Both the position numbers and the translations under genes were made by a program. The notes under the pieces are model-generated. The model was not told the origin of the DNA. It was given only the letters and a program-made list of their open reading frames with translations, and did no database searches. 64,000 bases of DNA, taken from contig OY762911.1 of assembly GCA_963666565.1 (NCBI GenBank), positions 1,504,001 to 1,568,000 of the forward strand, written 5' to 3'. The stretch comes from Thermoanaerobaculia bacterium (GTDB taxonomy: Bacteria > Acidobacteriota > Thermoanaerobaculia > Multivoradales > Multivoraceae). Of this stretch, positions 27,730 through 37,942 are shown piece after piece; the first letter of the stretch is position 1; every line of letters begins with the position of its first letter.

Positions 27730-29516
27730 GGCGCCCGGCGGCTGCCGAGGGCAGTTCGACCCTGCTGGTCACCCTCGTCCTGCTGCTCCTGAGCGGCGCC
27801 TGCCTGGCGCTGCTGATGGCGACCCAGACCCGGATGCTGATCGCGTCCCGGCAGAAGGTGCAGGTGCGGCTGCTGGCCGCCGCGGAGGGCGGCGTCGAAC
27901 TCGCCGCCGCGCGGGGCATCGCCGGCGCGGCCGATCCGTACGCGCGAGCGCTGGGCGCCACCGCGTCCGGCGCCGGGATCCTGGTGGAGACGTCGGGCTT
28001 CGTCCCGATGGCGAGCGGCGCCTGCGACCTGTGCATGGCGAACCTGGAGATCTCCTCCGGCGGGTTGAAGCGGGTCAGCCACGCCGTCTCCGCGTCGGCG
28101 AGCGCTCCGGGCCGCTCGGACGGTCTGCCGCCTCCCCGGCGCGCGGTGTCGGCGGTCGTCAACCTGATGCCGTGGCCGGCCGCCGGCCGCGACCGGTGGG
28201 ACCTCGCCGCGAGGCGGACGGCAGCGCGGCGGCTCATGGGCGGGGCCGGCCCGCCCGGGGCCGGCGCCGGCGGGAACGGCGTTCCCGTCGCGGTGGCGAC
28301 GATCGAGGGCGAGGACGGCGCCGCGGCACGGACGGTCGCGGTGGGCGGCGCCGGCAGCACGCTCCGTGCCGTCGAGGTGTCGCCGCGACCGGGGCCCCTC
28401 TGGACCTTCGTCGACGCGAGCGACGCCGACGGCAACGACGCGCCCGATCTCGGCCCGTCTCTGGCGCCGCCGGCGATCGCCGCGTTCCGCTTCAGTGGCG
28501 GCATCCGCGCCGTCGCGCTGTTCGGCGGCGGCCACGATCCCGGCGCCGAGGCCATGGTCGGCAACTGGCTCTACATGGTGGACATCGACACCGGACAGCT
28601 TCTCTACAAGAGCGAACTCGACGCACCGGCGACCGCGACGCCGGCCGTCGTGGACCTGACCGGCGACGGCGTGGCCGACCGGATCTACGCCGCCACGCTC
28701 GACGGCAGCCTGTATCGCCTCGACGTCTCGGCGCCGGCTGGGCTCGCCGGAGGCCGGGTCGCGTTCGGGCACTGGCCGCCCCTGCGCGTGTTCGAGACGG
28801 GCGGCCTGCCCATTCGCCATCCGCCGGCGTCCGTACCGGTGCCCGAGCTCGGCGTTCACGCCCTCGTCCTCGCCGCCGGCGGCGAGGGCGGCTCCGCCGC
28901 CGTCCCTGGGCCGCCGCCAACCGGTCCGGGACCGCCGCCCACCGGCCGCCTCGTCCTGCTCGTCGACCGGGGAGCGGGCCGGCTCCCGAGCATCGACCGG
29001 CTGCCCCGGCTCGACCCGGCGAACCCGGCGCTCGGCATCGACCGCCTGGCGCCGAATCTGCCACCGAGCGGACGGGGCTGGTCGCTGGAGCTCGCGGCAA
29101 GCGAACGTCCGGCGGCGCCGCCCCTCGTCTTCGGCGGCCTCGCGGTCCTCCTGACCTTCCGGCCGACCGGGGCCGGCCGGGGCGAGGCACGGATCTACTC
29201 GCTGTGGCTCGGCTCGGGAGACGCCGCGGACGGCGCCGCGCGATCCCGGACCGTCGCCAGCGACGCGCCGTGGCCGCCTCCCGCCGACTTCGGCTTGCCG
29301 GCCCGGATCGACGTCGACCATCCGGCCACCCTGGCCGCGCCCCTCCTCTCGCCCGCCGAAGACCGCATCCTCGAGGGTCTCCGCGCCCGGATGCCCGACC
29401 GCTGCCGCTTCGACGGCGTCCGGATTCGCTTCGCCGGAGTCGGACCGCACGGAGAACCGCTTCGCCTCGCCACGCTGCCGGTCTGTCGCATCGACCGCGA
29501 CTGGACCTTCCGGTGA
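27726..29516 (+). CDS. PilX-like N-terminus fused to a PilY1/PilC beta-propeller-like domain
   Basis: EG/SSTLLVTLVLLLL (no Glu5), AAEGG; later FGGG, LYMVDIDTG, VDLTGDGVADRIYA, GWSLEL. Confidence 0.7.
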   Translation: MRRPAAAEGSSTLLVTLVLLLLSGACLALLMATQTRMLIASRQKVQVRLLAAAEGGVELAAARGIAGAADPYARALGATASGAGILVETSGFVPMASGACDLCMANLEISSGGLKRVSHAVSASASAPGRSDGLPPPRRAVSAVVNLMPWPAAGRDRWDLAARRTAARRLMGGAGPPGAGAGGNGVPVAVATIEGEDGAAARTVAVGGAGSTLRAVEVSPRPGPLWTFVDASDADGNDAPDLGPSLAPPAIAAFRFSGGIRAVALFGGGHDPGAEAMVGNWLYMVDIDTGQLLYKSELDAPATATPAVVDLTGDGVADRIYAATLDGSLYRLDVSAPAGLAGGRVAFGHWPPLRVFETGGLPIRHPPASVPVPELGVHALVLAAGGEGGSAAVPGPPPTGPGPPPTGRLVLLVDRGAGRLPSIDRLPRLDPANPALGIDRLAPNLPPSGRGWSLELAASERPAAPPLVFGGLAVLLTFRPTGAGRGEARIYSLWLGSGDAADGAARSRTVASDAPWPPPADFGLPARIDVDHPATLAAPLLSPAEDRILEGLRARMPDRCRFDGVRIRFAGVGPHGEPLRLATLPVCRIDRDWTFR

Positions 29517-29568
29517 AGAGGGGGGCCGGGGCCAAACCTGTCGCAAGCCCCATGTCTGGCCTCGGGCA

Positions 29569-29607
29569 CCGACCCCTCCCGACCCAAGACGGGCGGGTCC
29601 GTCCGAC
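29569..29607. repeat. Degenerate family A fragment
   Basis: CCGACCCCTCCCGACCC resembles 102-118; 17 bp reverse-complement match to 16841-16857. Confidence 0.5.
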
Positions 29608-30945
29608 CTAGCAACGGACCTGCTCGACGGCGCGGGCGAGCGCCTCGTCGTCGGCCGGGTCCACCGTCCGCAGGTCGAGGTACAGGCGGCCGTCGCGCTG
29701 GTAGCCGACGACGGGCGGCTCGCCGGCGCGCAGCCTGGCGGCCGCGCCGGCCGGCAGGTCCAGGGCGAGCACCGTTCCCTCGATCGCTTCTTCCGGCGCC
29801 GAACCGCCGCCGACGTAGGCGTCGCCCCGGACCGCCTCGCCGCCGAGCCGGGCGGCCATCCCCTCGACCCGGCGGCGGTGCTCGCCGTCGTCGCGCCACA
29901 GGGCGTCGATCGGCATCGGCAGGTCCGCCAGGCGTCGCCGGAGCACCGCGTCGAGCGCGGCCAGGACCATCCTCCCCGGCCGGAAGGCCCGGTAGAGGGG
30001 CGACTTCCGGAGCCGGGCGACGAGTTCCTCCCGGCCCGCGAGCAGCCCCGCCTGCGGGCCGCCGAGGAGCTTGTCGCCGCTGCCGCAGACCAGGTCGCAA
30101 CCGGCCTCGATCAGGTCGCGGAAGCTCCGGTGGCCGCGCAGCGGCGCCGCCGCTTCGGGCCGCAGCATGCCGCTGCCCTCGTCGACGAGGAGCGGCAGGC
30201 CGCGGCGGCGGGCGAAGCCGGCGAGAGCCGCCGGCTCGACCTCCTCGACGAACCCCCGGATGCGGTAGTTGCTCGGGTACACCTTGAGCACCAGGGACAC
30301 GCCCGGACGGACCGCCCGCTCGTAGTCGGCCAGGCGGGTGCGGTTCGTCGTGCCGATCTCGATCAGGCGCGCGCCGCTCGCCTCCAGGATGTCCGGAATC
30401 CGGAACGAACCGCCGATCTCCACCAGTTCGCCGCGCGACAGCAGCACCTCCCGGCCGGCCGCCAGGGTGGAGAGGGCCAGCACCAGGGCGGCGGCGTTGT
30501 TGTTGACGACCAGCGCGGCCTCGGCGCCGGCGAGGGCCCGCGCCAGGTTCTCGACCCGCCGGCCGCGGTCGCCGCGGCGCCCGGTCTCGAGGCTCATCTC
30601 CAGGTCGCAGTAGGCGTCGAGCCGGTCCGGCAGGCCAGCGACGACTTCGCGGGGCAGCGGCGCCCTGCCCAGGTTGGTGTGGAGGAAGACGCCGGTCGCG
30701 TTGAGCACCCGCCGGAGCGGCGGCGCCTCCGCCTCCAGGCCGGCGCGGACCCGTTCGGGGATCCGGCGGATCGTCTCGGCCAGTTCGTCGTCGTCGATTC
30801 CGGCCCGGATCTCGCCCCGAACCGTATCGAGAATACGGGCCGCTTGGACCCTCAGCGCTTCCCTTCCGTATAATCCTGTGAGTTCGGCAAGCGGGCTTTC
30901 CTGCAGCAAGCGCCCTACTGCAGGCAGTCGTCGCAGTTGACTCAC
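29608..30945 (-). CDS. selA: L-seryl-tRNA(Sec) selenium transferase
   Basis: VLNATGVFLHTNLGRAPL, VVNNNAAA, SRGELVEIGGSFRIPD, GTTNRT, SGDKLLGGPQAG. Confidence 0.95.
   Translation of the reverse strand: MSQLRRLPAVGRLLQESPLAELTGLYGREALRVQAARILDTVRGEIRAGIDDDELAETIRRIPERVRAGLEAEAPPLRRVLNATGVFLHTNLGRAPLPREVVAGLPDRLDAYCDLEMSLETGRRGDRGRRVENLARALAGAEAALVVNNNAAALVLALSTLAAGREVLLSRGELVEIGGSFRIPDILEASGARLIEIGTTNRTRLADYERAVRPGVSLVLKVYPSNYRIRGFVEEVEPAALAGFARRRGLPLLVDEGSGMLRPEAAAPLRGHRSFRDLIEAGCDLVCGSGDKLLGGPQAGLLAGREELVARLRKSPLYRAFRPGRMVLAALDAVLRRRLADLPMPIDALWRDDGEHRRRVEGMAARLGGEAVRGDAYVGGGSAPEEAIEGTVLALDLPAGAAARLRAGEPPVVGYQRDGRLYLDLRTVDPADDEALARAVEQVRC
30869..30874 (+). promoter_or_regulatory. Candidate sigma70 -10 box (TATAAT) for the divergent TPR gene, inside selA
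   Basis: Perfect TATAAT in an AT-enriched patch; TTGGAC about 19 bp upstream. Confidence 0.4.
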
Positions 30946-30989
30946 GTCCTGCTCATCCTAGCCTCACCGGAGTCGCGCGAAAGAGAGTC

Positions 30990-32252
30990 ATGATTGCCAT
31001 GAAGACGATGTCGAGAGCGGCGGTGCTCGCCCTGGGTTGGTTGCTGGTCGGGTCGGGCCTGCCGTTCGGCGGCGTCCCGGACGGCGCGGCCCAGACGGTC
31101 GCCGCCGCGCCGTCGGAGGACCGGAACCTGGACCGGGCGATCGCCGCGCAGCGGAAGCGCGTGAGCGAACAGACGCGGCCGGCCGAGCGCGCCAGCGCGC
31201 TGAACGACCTGGCGAACCTGCTGGAACTGCGCGGGGACGTCGACGGCGCGTTCGAGCAGTACCGGGCGGCGCTCGCCGCGGACGGGCGCCTGGCGCCCGC
31301 GCACTACAACCTGGCGCTGCTCGCGTACGCGGCCGGCGACGGCGAACTGGCCACGGACCATCTCGAGACGGCGGTCGAGCTCGATCCCCGGAACGCCTGG
31401 GCGCACTACCAGCTCGGCCGGATCGCGGACGACGCCGGAGATGCCGCCACGGCGGTGGAGCACTACGTTCACGCCCTGAGCCTGGACACGCGTCTGGCGT
31501 TCGCCGACGTGAATCCGCACTTCACGGTCAACCGGCATGCCACCGAGGTGCTCCTCAAGGCGGATCGAAGCCGGGTCGAGGCGCTGCCGCCGCGCACCTA
31601 CTCGGAGCCGGGCCGCATCAGCGGCCTGCTGCTGCCGCCCATCGAGGAGACGGCCAAGGCTGCGGCCCCAGGAGCGGAAGAGGGCGTCGCGGCGGAGGCC
31701 GCGGCGCCGGCCGAGCCGGACCGGGACCGGCCCCGGCGGGCGACCCGGACGAACGGCGGCGAAGACGCGAGCGCCGAGGGCGTCAGGCGCGTCGTCCAGT
31801 CGCCGGGCACCCTGCCCGGGTCCTCGACGGCCGGCCGAGCTTCGGGCGGGACGCTCGACAGTTTGCCCCGCATGGAAGTGCTCCGGACGGAGTGGCAAAC
31901 GCCCGAGACGGCAGACCCGGACGCGGGAACCGGCGGCGCGGAGCGGGAGTCCGCCGACGCGCGCGCCGGCGAGCGGCCGCGGGTCTTCACCCGGGACCAT
32001 CTGCGAACGCGTACCCTGGGAACCGGCAGGATGGTCGGCGGTTCGCCTGCGGGCGGCGCGCCGTCGCAGTTCAGTCCGGTCGGTGGATCGGGCGGCGGCA
32101 TCCGGCCCGGGACGCCGGTCGGGCCCGGCGGCAGGCAATCGACCGCTCCGGCTTCCGGGACCTTCCGCGGCAGCGGCGGCCGGTTCCAGCCGAGCGCCCG
32201 CAGCAGCGCGCAGCTCGAGACGACGATCCGGCGCGCAGTACCGGCGCCGTAG
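30990..32252 (+). CDS. Exported TPR protein with disordered C-terminus
   Basis: Signal peptide; ALNDLANLL, AHYNLALL, AHYQLGRI TPR repeats; G/S/P-rich tail. Confidence 0.8.
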   Translation: MIAMKTMSRAAVLALGWLLVGSGLPFGGVPDGAAQTVAAAPSEDRNLDRAIAAQRKRVSEQTRPAERASALNDLANLLELRGDVDGAFEQYRAALAADGRLAPAHYNLALLAYAAGDGELATDHLETAVELDPRNAWAHYQLGRIADDAGDAATAVEHYVHALSLDTRLAFADVNPHFTVNRHATEVLLKADRSRVEALPPRTYSEPGRISGLLLPPIEETAKAAAPGAEEGVAAEAAAPAEPDRDRPRRATRTNGGEDASAEGVRRVVQSPGTLPGSSTAGRASGGTLDSLPRMEVLRTEWQTPETADPDAGTGGAERESADARAGERPRVFTRDHLRTRTLGTGRMVGGSPAGGAPSQFSPVGGSGGGIRPGTPVGPGGRQSTAPASGTFRGSGGRFQPSARSSAQLETTIRRAVPAP

Positions 32253-32261
32253 AGGAGGGGT

Positions 32262-32329
32262 CGGCGCGCGGGTCTTCCGACCCGCTGCCGCCGAAGGCGG
32301 CCGGAAGAACGCGCCGCGTAGCGGCGACC
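32262..32329 (+). repeat. Extended family B REP-like unit
   Basis: GCGCGGGTCTTCCGACCCGC-TGCCGCCGAAGGCGGC-CGGAAGAACGCGCCGCGTAGCGGCGACC. Confidence 0.85.
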
Positions 32330-32340
32330 GTGCCGCCGCC

Positions 32341-33792
32341 CTAACCCACCGCCTCGACCCGCAGCCCCGTCAGCAGCAGCGTCGGCGCGCCGACCGCTCC
32401 CGGCACGGGCAGGAACCGGAGATCGTCGCCGATCGCGCGGATGCCCCGGAGCAACTGCCGCACGGAACCGCTCAGCCTCACCCTGGGGGCTTCTCCCAGG
32501 ACGGCGCCGCGGCGAACGACCTGGCCGATCGCGTCGACCTCGAAACGGGCTTCGGCGCCGTTCGCCGCGGCATCGAAGGTCGCCAGGCAGCGTCCTTCAT
32601 GCGCCCGGTCGACCAGGTAGCAGCCGTGGACGATGCCGCTTCGCATCGATTCGGCGGGTTCGTCGCCGCCGGCGATGTAGAGGTGGGAGTGGCACAGCTC
32701 GGGCAAGTCCCGCCATCCCGACCGCCGGCGGCAGCCCGCGGCGGCGAAGCCCGACCAGCCGTCGTCTTCCCATCCCAGCAGGGGTTCGCCGGGCTCGCCG
32801 TCGCGGACCAGCGGCACGGCTCGGGTCGGGGTGCCCTCGTCGTCCGCCACCGCGCTCATCCAGCCGCCGTCGAGGCCGCCGTCGTCCACGATCCGCAGTC
32901 GGGGCGGGCCGAGGGGGCGGCCATCGCCGAGTTCCCGCAACTGCCTCCAGCCGTCGCGCCCCCGCAGCACGGGCGCGAGCAGGGCCAGCAGGTTGCAGGC
33001 GAGCGCCGGCGACGCAACGACCTCGCCGGCCGGCAGGAAGGGCGGCGGGGGGGCCGTCGCCAGCTCCAGGCGTTCCGCGACTTCGGCGGCGATGGCGCCG
33101 GCGCTCAGCAGGTCGAGGCCGGGCGCCGCCCGGTAGAGCCGGCAGTGGCCGTCGCGGCCGTTCCGGGAAGCCGCGAAGTCCAGTTCGAGCGTGACCAGCC
33201 GCAGGGCGGTCCGGGCGGCGGTGCCGGTCGTGCTGGCGAGCGCCGAGGCGCTGGCGCCGCTGTCCAGGCTGGCGCGGATCAGGCGGGCCTCGGGCAGTCG
33301 CTCGCCGAGATTCTGGAGGATGTCGCGCAGGAAGGCCAGGCTGGCCGCCTCCCCGTCTTCCGCCGCACCTCGGCTCGCGTCGCGGTCCGGCGGCCGCGCC
33401 GTCCCGGCGCCCCGCGGCGGCCGCCCGAGGGCGCCCGATCGCGCCGCCTTCCCGGCGCTCGGCGCCGGCAGCCTGAGAGCGCCCGGCCGCAGCGAGTGGA
33501 GGTTGAGCCGCTTCCAGCCGTTCGGTTCGGGAAGCAGGCCCGAGTCGGCGAGGAAGAGCGCCTTGCCGCCGCCGCCGGCGCGGAGCGCCCAGCCACGTTC
33601 GTCCATGACGGAAACCTGGACGTTCAGGTTGTCCGGGTCGGTCGGCGCCGGCGGCCGCCAGGGGGCCACCTCGATGCGGCGCGTGTTCCCGGCCTTCACG
33701 TAGAGCTCGGCCGCCGCCGCGCCGGTGCGTTGCCGCACCGCCCGCAGCGCCGACCCGAGGCGCCGCACGTTCGGCAGACGGGCGGAGGTCAC
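32341..33792 (-). CDS. pmbA: PmbA/TldE family protein
   Basis: LRIVDDG..DDEGTPT..LVRDG, DDLRF..GAPTLL; no HExxxH; downstream of TldD. Confidence 0.7.
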   Translation of the reverse strand: MTSARLPNVRRLGSALRAVRQRTGAAAAELYVKAGNTRRIEVAPWRPPAPTDPDNLNVQVSVMDERGWALRAGGGGKALFLADSGLLPEPNGWKRLNLHSLRPGALRLPAPSAGKAARSGALGRPPRGAGTARPPDRDASRGAAEDGEAASLAFLRDILQNLGERLPEARLIRASLDSGASASALASTTGTAARTALRLVTLELDFAASRNGRDGHCRLYRAAPGLDLLSAGAIAAEVAERLELATAPPPPFLPAGEVVASPALACNLLALLAPVLRGRDGWRQLRELGDGRPLGPPRLRIVDDGGLDGGWMSAVADDEGTPTRAVPLVRDGEPGEPLLGWEDDGWSGFAAAGCRRRSGWRDLPELCHSHLYIAGGDEPAESMRSGIVHGCYLVDRAHEGRCLATFDAAANGAEARFEVDAIGQVVRRGAVLGEAPRVRLSGSVRQLLRGIRAIGDDLRFLPVPGAVGAPTLLLTGLRVEAVG

Positions 33793-35126
33793 TCGGCCGT
33801 CCTCAGCCCTTCCAGGCGGACGGCCGGGCAGCGCGCCCAGACCGGCAGCCGCGCGCCGCCTTTCGCGCACCATCCGGCCCCCCCCGCCCGCGGCCGGTCG
33901 CCGACCGCGGCGACCGCGGCGAGGAGGTCGGCGGCGCGCGACCGGATCTCGACCGGCCCCGTGTAGTCCACCGGGCCGCTCCTGCCGATTCGCCGGCCGC
34001 ACGGCGCGTGGAGCACGCACCGTCCGTCGAAGGGATCCAGACTGCCCCGGTCGAACTCGCCGATGTAGAGGCCGCCGGCCGCTTCGGCGAAGAGGTCCGC
34101 TTCGGGCACGGCGCCGGGCAGCAGCTCCAGGTGAGCGGTGCGCGGTCCGGGCAGCCGGTGCCGGTTCGCTCGCCGGCCGGCGCCCGGGATCATGCCGGGG
34201 CAGCGTTCGGCCCACGCGAGGTCGGCGAGCGGCTGGCGAACCCGGCCGCGCCTCAGCAGCCAGCGGGCGACGACCGCCGTCCCCTCGTCGTCGCTGGTGC
34301 GCTCGCAGCCGCCGGGCGCGGCGCGCGGGTCGTCGACGACGTCGAGTTCCGTGCTGCCCAGCCTCAGGCCGATCGCGTGGTCCGGCGCGCCCGTGAGCGC
34401 CAGGGTGTCCGCCTCCAGCGCGTGGGCGACGACTTCGTGGAGCATGACGGCGGCGGCGTTCGGTCCGAGGACGACGACGTGGGCGGGCCGGTGGGCCGGC
34501 AGGTCCCGCGAACGCATCCGGTCGACGAGGCAGGCGGCCACCGGGTCCAGGTCTTCGTCCGCGAGCGAAGGCAGGAGTCCGCCCCAGACGCCCCACGCGG
34601 TCGCCGCCTGCAGGCTGTAGTACTCCTCGAACTGCGGCGCCGTCGCGATCGGGCCGCGGATCACCTGGACCTGACGCCGGTGGCGCCGCGCCGTGACCTT
34701 CATCGGGAAGCCCACCCGCCGCCGGTTCACGGCGCGGGTCAGCCGGGATTCGGCGCGTTCGATCTCGTTCAGGCGCAGCGCCGGCCAGCGGCCGGTCGCG
34801 ATCCGCGGCGGCGCCGGGCCGATCGAGCCCCCGGTCGCTCCCAGGCGGTCGCAGCAGGCGGCGAAGGCCGGCCCCGAGATCGCGTCGGCGGAGGCCAGCC
34901 GGCTGCCGCCGTTCTCGACTCTCCGTATGGCGAGCCCCTGTTCCCGCCGCAGGCGGACGCGATCGGCGGCGCCGGCCGGCAGGAACTCGACGGTCTCCAG
35001 CCGCTCGAAGAACGCCTCCAGCCGCTGGTCCCCGTGCCCGGCCAGACGGGTCAGCGCGGCGGCCGGCGCGGCGACGTCGGAGGCGAGCAACGGCGGCGGC
35101 TCGGCGCGGTTCGCAGGTTGCGCCAT
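33789..35126 (-). CDS. tldD: TldD family metalloprotease
   Basis: [29 protein letters not shown]. Confidence 0.8.
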   Translation of the reverse strand: MAQPANRAEPPPLLASDVAAPAAALTRLAGHGDQRLEAFFERLETVEFLPAGAADRVRLRREQGLAIRRVENGGSRLASADAISGPAFAACCDRLGATGGSIGPAPPRIATGRWPALRLNEIERAESRLTRAVNRRRVGFPMKVTARRHRRQVQVIRGPIATAPQFEEYYSLQAATAWGVWGGLLPSLADEDLDPVAACLVDRMRSRDLPAHRPAHVVVLGPNAAAVMLHEVVAHALEADTLALTGAPDHAIGLRLGSTELDVVDDPRAAPGGCERTSDDEGTAVVARWLLRRGRVRQPLADLAWAERCPGMIPGAGRRANRHRLPGPRTAHLELLPGAVPEADLFAEAAGGLYIGEFDRGSLDPFDGRCVLHAPCGRRIGRSGPVDYTGPVEIRSRAADLLAAVAAVGDRPRAGGAGWCAKGGARLPVWARCPAVRLEGLRTAE

Positions 35127-35217
35127 CGGGTGGATTCTAGGGGTTCGCGCCACGAGGACGACAGGCCGCCGCGCGTCCGGCCGCCGTCGCGGGGCCTGTG
35201 GTAAGAAAGCCGACCGG

Positions 35218-36804
35218 ATGACCCCGGCAGCGAAACCAGACGAGACCGCCGCCGACCTCCGCGGCCAGCAGGTCCAGGAACTGGAGCGGAGGCTCCGGCA
35301 GTCGCAACTGGGCGGCGGCGCCGAGCGGATCGACCGCCAGCACGCGAGCGGCAAGATGACGGCGCGCGAGCGGATCGACCTGCTGCTCGACCCGGGCTCC
35401 TGGGTCGAGATCGACGCCCTCGTCACCCACCGCTGCACCGACTTCGGGATGGACAGCCAGCGCGTGCCGGGCGACGGCGTGGTCTGCGGCCACGGTCGCG
35501 TGGACGGCCGCCCGGTCTACGTCTTCGCCCAGGACTTCACCGTGTTCGGCGGCTCCCTGTCCGAGACGAACGCCCGCAAGATCTGCAAGGTGATGGACTT
35601 GGCGGTCGAGAACGGGGCGCCGGTGGTGGGCCTGAACGACTCGGGCGGCGCGCGAATCCAGGAGGGCGTGGCCTCGCTGGGCGGCTACGCGGACATCTTC
35701 CTCCGCAACACGCTGGCGTCGGGAGTCGTCCCGCAGATCAGCGCGATCATGGGGCCGTGCGCCGGCGGCGCGGTGTACTCGCCCGCGATCACCGACTTCG
35801 TGCTGATGGTCGAGGGGACGAGCTACATGTTCGTCACCGGCCCGGACGTCATCAGGACGGTGACCCACGAGGACGTCTCGATGGAGGAGCTCGGCGGCGC
35901 GATGACCCACGCCCGCAAGAGCGGCGTCGCCCACTTCACCGCTGCCGACGACGCCGCCTGCGTCGTCATGATCCGCGAGCTGCTCGGCTACCTGCCCGGC
36001 AACAACCTGGACGATCCGCCGCTCCGTCCGACCGACGATCCCGACGATCGGGAGGCCCCGGAGCTCGACGAGCTCGTGCCGGTCGATCCGAACAAGCCCT
36101 ACGACATCCTCGACCTGATCGGCGCGGTCGTGGACGACGGCCGGTTTCTGGAAGTCCACCGGCACTTCGCGCCCAACGTCGTCGTCGGCTTCGCGCACAT
36201 GGGCGGCCGCAGCGTCGGCATCGTCGCCAACCAGCCGAACTACCTGGCGGGCGTCCTCGACATCGACGCCGCGGTCAAGGGCGGCCGGTTCGTCCGCTTC
36301 TGCGACGCCTTCAACATCCCGCTCGTCACCTTCGAGGACGTCCCCGGCTTCCTGCCGGGCGTCAAGCAGGAGCACGGCGGGATCATCCGCAACGGCGCCA
36401 AGCTGCTCTACGCGTTCGCCGAGGCGACGGTGCCGAAGATCACCGTCATCACCCGCAAGGCCTACGGCGGCGCCTACTGCGTCATGGCCAGCAAGCACCT
36501 GCGGACGGACGTCAACCTGGCGTTCCCGACCGCGGAGATCGCCGTCATGGGCCCCGGCGGCGCGGTCAACATCCTCTACCGCCAGCAGATCCGGAACGCG
36601 GACGACCCGGAGGCGCTGCGCGACGAACTGACCGCCGAGTACCGCGAGAAGTTCTCGAACCCCTACATCGCCGCGGAGCGGGGCTTCGTGGACGCGGTGA
36701 TCCCGCCGCGGACGACCCGCGGCGAGATCGTGCGGGCGCTGCGCCGGCTTGCCGGCAAGCGCAGCGGCGTGCCGGCGAAGAAGCACGGCAGCGTCCCCCT
36801 GTAG
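35218..36804 (+). CDS. pccB: Acyl-CoA (propionyl/methylmalonyl-CoA) carboxyltransferase beta subunit
   Basis: [55 protein letters not shown]. Confidence 0.95.
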   Translation: MTPAAKPDETAADLRGQQVQELERRLRQSQLGGGAERIDRQHASGKMTARERIDLLLDPGSWVEIDALVTHRCTDFGMDSQRVPGDGVVCGHGRVDGRPVYVFAQDFTVFGGSLSETNARKICKVMDLAVENGAPVVGLNDSGGARIQEGVASLGGYADIFLRNTLASGVVPQISAIMGPCAGGAVYSPAITDFVLMVEGTSYMFVTGPDVIRTVTHEDVSMEELGGAMTHARKSGVAHFTAADDAACVVMIRELLGYLPGNNLDDPPLRPTDDPDDREAPELDELVPVDPNKPYDILDLIGAVVDDGRFLEVHRHFAPNVVVGFAHMGGRSVGIVANQPNYLAGVLDIDAAVKGGRFVRFCDAFNIPLVTFEDVPGFLPGVKQEHGGIIRNGAKLLYAFAEATVPKITVITRKAYGGAYCVMASKHLRTDVNLAFPTAEIAVMGPGGAVNILYRQQIRNADDPEALRDELTAEYREKFSNPYIAAERGFVDAVIPPRTTRGEIVRALRRLAGKRSGVPAKKHGSVPL

Positions 36805-36846
36805 AGACACGTACACGCCGGCAGACACGCGGAGAACGACGAGCGA

Positions 36847-37356
36847 ATGAGCGACATCAGGGTTGGAATCGTCATGGGCAGCGACTCCGATTGGCCGACG
36901 ATGAAGAAGGCGGCGAAGGTCTGCGCCGACTTCGGCGTCGGCTGCGAGGCGCGGGTTCTCTCGGCGCACAGGACGCCGCGGGAGACGGCCGCGTGGGCCG
37001 AGAGCGCGGCCGATCGCGGCATCGGCGTGCTGATCGCGGGCGCCGGCGTCGCGGCCGCGCTGCCGGGCGTCGTGGCGGCCGCGACGACCTTGCCGGTCGT
37101 CGGCGTCCCCGTGGCGAGCGGTCCGCTGAACGGGGTCGATGCCCTGCTCGCCATCGTCCAGATGCCGCCCGGGATCCCGGTGGCCACCGTGGGCGTGAAC
37201 CGGGCCGACAACGCCGGGTTGCTGGCGCTCCAGATCCTGGCGCTCGGCGACCCGGAGCTGGCCGCCGCGCTGAAGGACTACCGCGGCCGGATGGGCGAGG
37301 GCGTCGCGGCGGCGGACGAGCGCGTGCGGCAGGACGCGGGCGCCCTCCAGGAATGA
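36847..37356 (+). CDS. purE: N5-CAIR mutase
   Basis: MGSDSD, SAHRTP, ALLAIVQMPPGIPVATV. Confidence 0.95.
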   Translation: MSDIRVGIVMGSDSDWPTMKKAAKVCADFGVGCEARVLSAHRTPRETAAWAESAADRGIGVLIAGAGVAAALPGVVAAATTLPVVGVPVASGPLNGVDALLAIVQMPPGIPVATVGVNRADNAGLLALQILALGDPELAAALKDYRGRMGEGVAAADERVRQDAGALQE

Positions 37357-37790
37357 GATTCGCGGTCGGCGCGGATCATGCCGGCGTCGAGCTGAAGGAT
37401 CGGCTCGGCGAGGTACTGCGGGCCCGGGGCATCGAGTTCGTCGACTTCGGCACGGACGGTTCGACGGCCGTCGACTATCCGGACAAGGCGGCCGAGGTGG
37501 CGCGGGCCGTTGCCGCCGGCGAAGTGGACCGCGGCCTGCTCGTCTGCGGCACGGGAGTCGGCATGGCGATGTCGGCGAACCGGTTCGCGGGCGTCCGCGC
37601 CGTCAACCCGACGGACAGCTACACGGCGCGCATGTCGCGCGCCCACAACGACGCGAACGTCCTCGCCCTCGGCGCGCGCGTGCTCGGCGCCGGCCAGGCG
37701 ACCGAACTGCTCGCGGTGTTCCTCGACACCCCCTTCGACGGCGACCGGCACACGGCGCGCGTGGCGAAGATCGACGACGCGGCGACGTAG
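37353..37790 (+). CDS. rpiB: Ribose-5-phosphate isomerase B
   Basis: GADHAG, DYPD, CGTGVG, HNDANVLALG, RHTARV. Confidence 0.95.
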   Translation: MRFAVGADHAGVELKDRLGEVLRARGIEFVDFGTDGSTAVDYPDKAAEVARAVAAGEVDRGLLVCGTGVGMAMSANRFAGVRAVNPTDSYTARMSRAHNDANVLALGARVLGAGQATELLAVFLDTPFDGDRHTARVAKIDDAAT

Positions 37791-37796
37791 CTCGCT

Positions 37797-37910
37797 GGGT
37801 GCGCGGGTCTTCTGACCCGCTTCCGTTGATGGTGGCGGCCAGCATCGTCGGCGGGGACCCGCCGGCTGCCGCCGCGGGCGGCGAGAAGGACGCGCCGCGA
37901 AGCGGCGACC
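37797..37910 (+). repeat. Family B REP-like unit with spacer and distal GCGCCGCGAAGCGGCGACC hairpin
   Basis: Core 37797-37820, preceded by CTCGCT as at 3811; distal hairpin ends at 37910. Confidence 0.85.
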
Positions 37911-37942
37911 CTCCTGCGATCGCCGTCCTCCTGCGATCGCCG

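Noticed and set aside
29608-30945. Selenoprotein with in-frame UGA near selA
   Set aside because: No TGA at a catalytic Cys position was seen; TlpA has a normal CxxC
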